From assembly GCA_038230375.1 (NCBI GenBank), contig JBBRNJ010000043.1, forward strand, positions 1-64,000: 64,000 nt of DNA. Reading direction: 5' to 3'. Below are positions 58,641 through 64,000 of this stretch, piece after piece. The stretch is from Polyangiales bacterium (GTDB lineage Bacteria; Myxococcota_A; Polyangia; Polyangiales; Polyangiaceae). Within the stretch, counting starts at the first letter, position 1; each line of letters begins with the position of its first letter. Both the position numbers and the translations under genes were made by a program. The notes under the pieces are model-generated. The model was not told where the DNA came from and searched no databases. It saw nothing but the letters and a program-made list of their open reading frames with translations.

Positions 58641-60230
58641 GTGTCGCTCCTTGCATCACGCCCTTCGCGTCCCGTCGTGGCTGCGTTCGCGTTGCTCGGC
58701 GCGGGCGCGGCATGCCTCCTCGCGTCGATGTGGCTCGGGAGCGGCGAGCCCCCGCCCGCACGACAGGGCGATGCGTCGAAGGTCCTCGCGGCGTTCGTTG
58801 CGCACGAGCCCGCGGCGCTCGAGGTCGATCTCGCGGCCCGGTATGGCGGACGGCGGGAGCTCCTCGATCCGCGAAGAACGCTGCCGACGTGGCACAAGCA
58901 CCTGCCGACCGACGCCGTCGCCACGTACAAGGCGATCCGGGACTGCAGCGAGCCGAGCGTGTTCGTCGCGGATCCGGAGCTCGCAAAGGCCATCGACTGG
59001 CACGCCGCAAGCTGCGCCCACACGGCGCGAGAGCTCGCATCGCTCGCCGAGCACCCGCCCTTCATGCATCCCACGGGCAGCTCGTACGCGTACCTCCTCA
59101 CCAATGAGGCGCCGCGTCCAGCGGAGGCGTGGCTCGCCGCGAACAAACGCGCGTTCCACGTCCTGGAGCTGCGAGAGCTCCCACCAGCGCTGCTCGCCCC
59201 GGATGAACGCGCGCTTTCGGAGCTTCCGCCCGCCGCGTTCTCACGCATCCTCGAGGGGGACACGACGGTCCTCTCGAATGCATGGATGATACATGCATCG
59301 CGCGACCAGTATGGACCTACGAAGCTCGTGTTCCGACATCGCGATGATTGGGATGCCTTCGCTTCCCGCGCAGGCGTGACCCTGGTCGCGGGGGCCTCCG
59401 CATGCGCCGACGCAGAGACGCCCGTGCTCTGCTGGCACACCGAGCCCGTGTCCGCGTCGCGGCGAAGCGGCGTGCGTGCGCTGCTCCTTGGCGGCGCGGC
59501 GCTCGGGATGCTCGGGATCGCGCTGCTCGTGGCGCTGGTCGTGCGTGCGCGTCGTGAGGCCGAGCGTGAGCGCGTGTTCCTGCTTCGCACGCTGACCCAC
59601 GAGCTGCGCAGCCCGGTGACGGCGATGCGCCTGGACGTCGAGCCGCTGCGTGCGTCGTTCGACGCGCTGCCGGAGGACTGTCAGGAGCCGCTGCTCCGAC
59701 TCTCGGAAGGCATCGAGCGGCTGTCACGCGTGCTCGAGGTGACAGGGCGTGCGCTCTCGCTCTTCGATTCGCGCGTCGAGAAGCGCGCATCCCCGATCGC
59801 TGCGCGCATCGTTCCGTCAGTGAACGCATACTTCGAGGAGCTGACCGGTGAGTGGCCAGAGGACGTCGTGCTCGATCTGCCTGCGGAGGACCACGCGTTC
59901 ACGACCGACCCGGACTGGCTCCGCGTCGCCGTGAAGAACCTGGTCGAGAACGCCGCAAAGCATGGCGAGAGCCCCATCCGCGTCAGCGTGCGCGTGAGCG
60001 GTCGCGAAGGAAAGAGCGAGCTCTGTGTGCGCGTGCAGGATCAGGGCAAGACGCCCGACCTCACGCTCGCAGACGCGGTGCGTCCGTTCACGAAGGGTGA
60101 TCGCAGCTCGGGGCTTGGTCTTGGGCTCTCGCTCGTGCAACGGATCGTCGAAAGGCAAGGCGGGCGCTTGCGCCACGAGCCGGATCCGACGACATTCGAG
60201 CTTCGCATGCCGCAGGGGAAGGATCGATGA
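58641..60230 (+). CDS. Sensor histidine kinase with DUF3404-like periplasmic domain (VxrA/WigK-like)
   Basis: Periplasmic Cys pairs, HPTGSSYA and LCW; LTHELRSP, NLVENA.KHG, DQG, GLGLGL, PTTF.L. Confidence 0.85.
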   Translation: MSLLASRPSRPVVAAFALLGAGAACLLASMWLGSGEPPPARQGDASKVLAAFVAHEPAALEVDLAARYGGRRELLDPRRTLPTWHKHLPTDAVATYKAIRDCSEPSVFVADPELAKAIDWHAASCAHTARELASLAEHPPFMHPTGSSYAYLLTNEAPRPAEAWLAANKRAFHVLELRELPPALLAPDERALSELPPAAFSRILEGDTTVLSNAWMIHASRDQYGPTKLVFRHRDDWDAFASRAGVTLVAGASACADAETPVLCWHTEPVSASRRSGVRALLLGGAALGMLGIALLVALVVRARREAERERVFLLRTLTHELRSPVTAMRLDVEPLRASFDALPEDCQEPLLRLSEGIERLSRVLEVTGRALSLFDSRVEKRASPIAARIVPSVNAYFEELTGEWPEDVVLDLPAEDHAFTTDPDWLRVAVKNLVENAAKHGESPIRVSVRVSGREGKSELCVRVQDQGKTPDLTLADAVRPFTKGDRSSGLGLGLSLVQRIVERQGGRLRHEPDPTTFELRMPQGKDR

Positions 60231-60925
60231 GCCGCATCCTTGTCGTGGAGGACGACGTCGCGATCGCCACGTCGCTGCGCGAGCTGCTCGTGCGTGATGG
60301 ACACGACGTCACCGTTGCGAAGACCATCGCGGAGGCGCATCAGGCGCTCACGCCCGACATCGAGCTCGTGTTGCTGGACTGGATGCTGCCCGATGGCCAG
60401 GGCGTGGATGCCCTGCGTGCGTGGCGCAAGCATACGGACGTGCCGGTGATCCTCGTCACCGCGCGCGCGGACCTCGTCGATCGCGTCGTGGGCCTCGAGA
60501 TCGGCGCGGACGACTACGTCACGAAGCCCTTCGAGGGGCGCGAGCTCACGGCGCGCATCAAGGCGCGACTGCGCGGGCGCGCGAAGGGACCGGAGGCGCC
60601 AGAGACCCTCGCTCGCGACGGCGTCACGGTCGACCTTGCCGCGCGTGAGGTCCAGTTCCGCGGCGCCAAGGTGGAACTGACGCGCATGGAGTTTGGTCTC
60701 TTGCGGCTGCTCATGGAGAACCCCACGCGCGTCTTCACCCGCGAGGAGCTGCTGAATCGCGTCTGGGGATACGAGCGCGCGCCAACAACGCGCACGGTGG
60801 ACGCGCATGTCCTTGCCCTGCGAACCAAGCTCGATTCCGCGCTCATCGTGTCCGTACGCGGCATTGGCTACCGCTTCCGTCCCGCGCCTCTGCCCATGGA
60901 CCCATCCGAGGGGAGCAAGGATTGA
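60227..60925 (+). CDS. OmpR/PhoB-family response regulator (VxrB/WigR-like)
   Basis: VVEDD, LLDWMLPDG.G, GADDYVTKPF, FTREELLNRVWGY..PTTRTVD.H, VRGIGYR. Confidence 0.95.
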   Translation: MSRILVVEDDVAIATSLRELLVRDGHDVTVAKTIAEAHQALTPDIELVLLDWMLPDGQGVDALRAWRKHTDVPVILVTARADLVDRVVGLEIGADDYVTKPFEGRELTARIKARLRGRAKGPEAPETLARDGVTVDLAAREVQFRGAKVELTRMEFGLLRLLMENPTRVFTREELLNRVWGYERAPTTRTVDAHVLALRTKLDSALIVSVRGIGYRFRPAPLPMDPSEGSKD

Positions 60926-60989
60926 CCGTGACTTCACGCACTGAACATTTCTTTTTGTCATTGTCAGCCCTGCCACAAGGAGGCTCCCA

Positions 60990-61958
60990 ATGAACCCGAT
61001 CAAGTTTGCTCTCACCATCACAGCTCTCACCATCAACTTCGCGTCGCCCGGCTGCGGAAAGTCCGAGGTCACGGAAGACCACACAACACCCGTGCTGCGC
61101 GTGCCGGCGCTAACCGCCGCGCACAATGCGTTCCTGGAGGGCGACTACCTCACGATGGTCAAGCGCGTGAGGGACGTGCTCGCGGACAAGAACGCCGACC
61201 AGATGGCGAAGGACAACGCGCGCGAGCTGCTGGAGAAGGGGTACCAAGCGACAAGCGGCAAGCTCCCCGCGGACTGGACGCTGCCTGCGGGCTTCGAGCC
61301 GATCGCTTACAAGCAGGTTCGCCAGGAGCATGCCGACGGGCCGCAGCTGCGCGTTCGGCTCGACGGTCGCGTTGACAATCTGAAGCGCCTGAAGGGCCTC
61401 GCGCTCTTGCGCGGCACCGACGTGCTCCTTGATTCGCAGGCGAACGTCGGTCGCTTCTTCTCGGGCGACTCGGCGGACAAGGACGGGATGGTCTACTTCT
61501 CGCTCGAGACGCGGGACCTCCCGGCGCTGCCCGAGCCCGGGATCATGACGCTCCGCGTGACGCTCGCGGACGGCTCCGTGACGGAGGGGTGGTTCATCTC
61601 GGACCGCCTTGCGTCGTCCGCGTCCCCGATCGTCACCGAGCCGGGCGAAGCGGTGTCGGTGAAGAGCGCCAATCCCATCGCCAAGTGGGTGCCGTTCCAT
61701 TCGCCCGAGAGCGCGCAGTACGAGCGTCGCAACCTCATTCTATGGCTCTCGCGCCGCAACGACGACGGGTCGTACGCGAATGCGTGGTCGTCGTTCAGCG
61801 CGGCGGCCGATCGAGGCGATGCGCGCCTTGGCGGTGAAGGCAACCTGGCCGAGGGTGACTACTCACTCGACGTGGTCTACGACGAGAGCCGCCGCTTCGG
61901 TCCGATGTCGCTGGTCCGCCGGAGCTCCCGCGCGTTTTCGTTTCACGTCGCGCGCTGA
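60990..61958 (+). CDS. DUF2861-like exported protein (VxrC-like)
   Basis: AAGGAGG RBS; signal peptide/lipobox; LTAAHNAFLEGD...M near the N-terminus and RRFGPMSL near the C-terminus; third gene after the HK-RR pair. Confidence 0.65.
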   Translation: MNPIKFALTITALTINFASPGCGKSEVTEDHTTPVLRVPALTAAHNAFLEGDYLTMVKRVRDVLADKNADQMAKDNARELLEKGYQATSGKLPADWTLPAGFEPIAYKQVRQEHADGPQLRVRLDGRVDNLKRLKGLALLRGTDVLLDSQANVGRFFSGDSADKDGMVYFSLETRDLPALPEPGIMTLRVTLADGSVTEGWFISDRLASSASPIVTEPGEAVSVKSANPIAKWVPFHSPESAQYERRNLILWLSRRNDDGSYANAWSSFSAAADRGDARLGGEGNLAEGDYSLDVVYDESRRFGPMSLVRRSSRAFSFHVAR

Positions 61959-61980
61959 GGTTCGCGACTCTCTGGAGGCT

Positions 61981-62940
61981 CTATTCCACGCCGATCGTGA
62001 ACGTGTTCGCGCCAAAGCTCACGACGGGCTCGTACGTGGTGGGCGTGGTGTCGAACACGCCGGTCGCGTAGCCGCCCATGGCCTGATCCTGCCAGCGGAA
62101 GTTCTGGTACGTGTTCACGAGCATGACGACCTTCGTGGTCGAGGCGAGCGCGGGATCGATGATCACAGTCACCGGGAAAACATAGCTCGCGGAGTGGTTG
62201 GCTGTGACCAGCGTGAGGCCGCCGCCCGCGAGGTCGACCGGCGTCATGAGGTCCTCGCCGTTGAGCGTTCCGTAGGGGGTGCCGCCGACCTCGAACGTGT
62301 ACGAGTAGTGCCCCTGGTTCTGGAGCTTGCCGTCGACCAGCGTCGCGTCGGTGAGCACCTCCAGGTCGGAGTAGTCGCCCGGCACGGTCATGCCGCTCGA
62401 GTGCATGGTCGCGGCGATCTTGAAGCGGTAGTAGCCGACCTCGACGTGGGCGATCGTGAACGTGCCCCCGGGCAGCGTCTTCGCGACCGCGGTGCCAGCG
62501 ACGGTGTCGTTGCCGTCGTTGAGTCCGCACTCCACGGCGTTCTGCCCGTTGTCGAACACGACCACGGGAGCAGCATCGTTCGCATCGCGGTAGAGCGTGA
62601 GCTTGCGGATCGCGATGTGCTGATCGATCGGGGTCTCGCCCATGTACCCGTCGGTGAAATTGACCTTCGTCTGCGTCGCGCGCAGGTGGATCTCGTACGC
62701 CGGTCCGCTCGGAGCAACGCCGCCTTCGCCGCCGCCCGACGAGCCGCCCTCGCTACCGCCGCCGCTTCCAGGCGAACCGCCATCGAACGCGCCGATGTCG
62801 ACGGTCGACCCGCCACAGCCGGCCGAGCCGATCAAGCCGGCCGAGCCGATCAAGCCGGCCGAGCCGATCAAGCCGATCGCGCCGATCGCTCTCGCGGTCG
62901 CCATTCCAAGAGGACCCACTGAAAAGAATGAAGCTGTCAT
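61981..62940 (-). CDS. Hypothetical beta-rich lipoprotein
   Basis: Lipobox SAGC, Gly/Ser linker, beta-rich domain. Start could be the second Met. Confidence 0.7.
   Translation of the reverse strand: MTASFFSVGPLGMATARAIGAIGLIGSAGLIGSAGLIGSAGCGGSTVDIGAFDGGSPGSGGGSEGGSSGGGEGGVAPSGPAYEIHLRATQTKVNFTDGYMGETPIDQHIAIRKLTLYRDANDAAPVVVFDNGQNAVECGLNDGNDTVAGTAVAKTLPGGTFTIAHVEVGYYRFKIAATMHSSGMTVPGDYSDLEVLTDATLVDGKLQNQGHYSYTFEVGGTPYGTLNGEDLMTPVDLAGGGLTLVTANHSASYVFPVTVIIDPALASTTKVVMLVNTYQNFRWQDQAMGGYATGVFDTTPTTYEPVVSFGANTFTIGVE
62817..62875. repeat. 18-bp tandem repeat (AGCCGGCCGAGCCGATCA x3) encoding LIGSAG within the signal peptide
   Basis: Directly visible in the sequence. Confidence 0.85.
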
Positions 62941-62995
62941 GATGCGCGGTAGGTGGAGACCACCAGCGCTCTTTATGACGCGCGCCCCAGAAAAA

Positions 62996-63763
62996 TCAAA
63001 GGGCGTGACCCACGAGCGTGGAAAGCCGGGAAATATGAGACGATCCGGGATACCGCCGGACGAACGCAGCCGCCCGCTGGTCCGCCTCCGCGCCCCGCCC
63101 GAGCTTCTCGAGCGCCTCCACCGCGATCACTTCACGCTCCTGAGCAAGCAACCCATCCGGATACTTCTTCCGATGATCGTTCGCCTGAGAGAGAGCCAGA
63201 GAAGGATTCGATCGAAGAGAATCTTGCGCCCGCTGGAGCATCGCGATCTCGGGCTCGGGAGGGGAGGACGGAGAGGGTGAGGCGAAGGTTGGGGGTGAAG
63301 GAAAGGTCGAAGGTGAGGTCGAGGGCTCCGTCAAGGCAGCCGTCGAAGTCGGTGCCGTCGTCGCCGTCGCCGTCGAGGTCGAGGTCGTCGTCGAGGTCGA
63401 GGTCGAGGTCGAAGTCGAAGTCGAGGTCGAGGTCGAAGTCGAAGTCGAAGTCGCCTTCACTGCGATGCCCGCCACTCCCACCGCGAGCGCGATCACCACC
63501 GCTCCGAGCACCATCTTCCCCGCGGTCCCCGTTGCTGCTCCCGTGACGATCGCTCCCGTCCCAGCGCCCGCGCCGCCCGCTCCCGCAGCGCTTGCTCCTC
63601 CGGCTCCGCCCGCTCCTCCGATGATCGGCAAGAGCTTCGTCGCGAGCCTCTGCATTGCGTCGTCACCGGGCAATTCGCCTGCTCCCGCGTCGAGGAGCTC
63701 CCGCAGGTACGCGTCCTCCGCGCCCTGGATCAGCCTTGTCGGCGGCTTCATCTCGTCCGTCAT
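62996..63763 (-). CDS. Putative membrane-anchored anti-sigma factor with Ser/Thr-rich linker and C-terminal TPR-like domain
   Basis: ATGA overlap with the ECF sigma gene; single TM; (ST)n tract from GTCGAG/GTCGAA repeats about 63372-63453; HRKKYPDGLLAQEREVIAVEAL. Confidence 0.7.
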   Translation of the reverse strand: MTDEMKPPTRLIQGAEDAYLRELLDAGAGELPGDDAMQRLATKLLPIIGGAGGAGGASAAGAGGAGAGTGAIVTGAATGTAGKMVLGAVVIALAVGVAGIAVKATSTSTSTSTSTSTSTSTSTSTTTSTSTATATTAPTSTAALTEPSTSPSTFPSPPTFASPSPSSPPEPEIAMLQRAQDSLRSNPSLALSQANDHRKKYPDGLLAQEREVIAVEALEKLGRGAEADQRAAAFVRRYPGSSHISRLSTLVGHAL

Positions 63764-64000
63764 GACGGGCGACTCCCTTCGTCGCGCGCCTTTTGCGCGG
63801 CTTCCTGCACCAGCGCGCGCGCCGCATGCAGCCTCGAGTATCCAGTTTGAAGCGGGCAGCTTGTGGCCTCGCAGACCTCCGCCATGCCAAGCCCCTCTAT
63901 CTCGTAGAGGACAAAGACCTCGCGCTTGTCGTCGTCGAGCGACGCGAGGATGCGATCAAGAGTTGCGCGTGCACGCTTCGTTGCGAGCTCGCCGTGCGGA
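63760..64000 (-). CDS. ECF RNA polymerase sigma factor, C-terminal region 4 (5' part outside the window)
   Basis: Manual translation: ...LDRILASLDDDKREVFVLYEIEGLGMAEVCEATSCPLQTGYSRLHAARALV...EGSRPS*. Confidence 0.9.
   Translation of the reverse strand, partial: PHGELATKRARATLDRILASLDDDKREVFVLYEIEGLGMAEVCEATSCPLQTGYSRLHAARALVQEAAQKARDEGSRPS

Noticed and set aside
57100..59040. 646-aa minus-strand ORF and other long Arg/Ala-rich ORFs
   Set aside because: Antisense shadows of well-supported genes, with no family motifs.
60941..60967. Myxobacterial LexA box (GTTCAG half-site on the minus strand)
   Set aside because: Only one half-site matches and the downstream gene is not a repair gene. I also saw no convincing box upstream of uvrA or rarA.

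Overview
GC-rich bacterial chromosomal window with strong Myxococcota (Polyangiales-like) character: a MYXO-CTERM-type tail, multidomain Ser/Thr kinases, Cys-rich lipoproteins and an ECF/anti-sigma pair. Most of it is housekeeping or envelope genes (ligA, uvrA, rarA, rpoZ, hpt, yggS, pfp, comEC, livK/livH, MscS). I saw no rRNA, tRNA, CRISPR array, transposase or integrase. Best candidate for an undescribed system: a translationally coupled rbfA-paralog/rtcB operon (minus strand, 10388-11892). It is preceded by a sigma70-like promoter, a 16-codon leader ORF with a perfect Shine-Dalgarno, mutually exclusive hairpins ending in a U7 tract, and a stem that hides the rbfA RBS. Together this looks like a ribosome-controlled attenuator for a putative 30S/rRNA repair module. 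Also notable: a Vibrio VxrABC (WigKR)-like locus with a shared TTGAC-N6-TTYAC motif; a Tat-exported vanadium haloperoxidase coupled to an SctQ/FliN-family gene; a degenerate-HAD/deaminase fusion; an orphan two-domain immunity-like protein; an HmuY/metalloprotease pair; a frameshifted aspartyl-protease lipoprotein; and a comEC with no nearby stop codon. All family calls come from motif recognition by eye, not database searches, and most start codons were re-picked manually.
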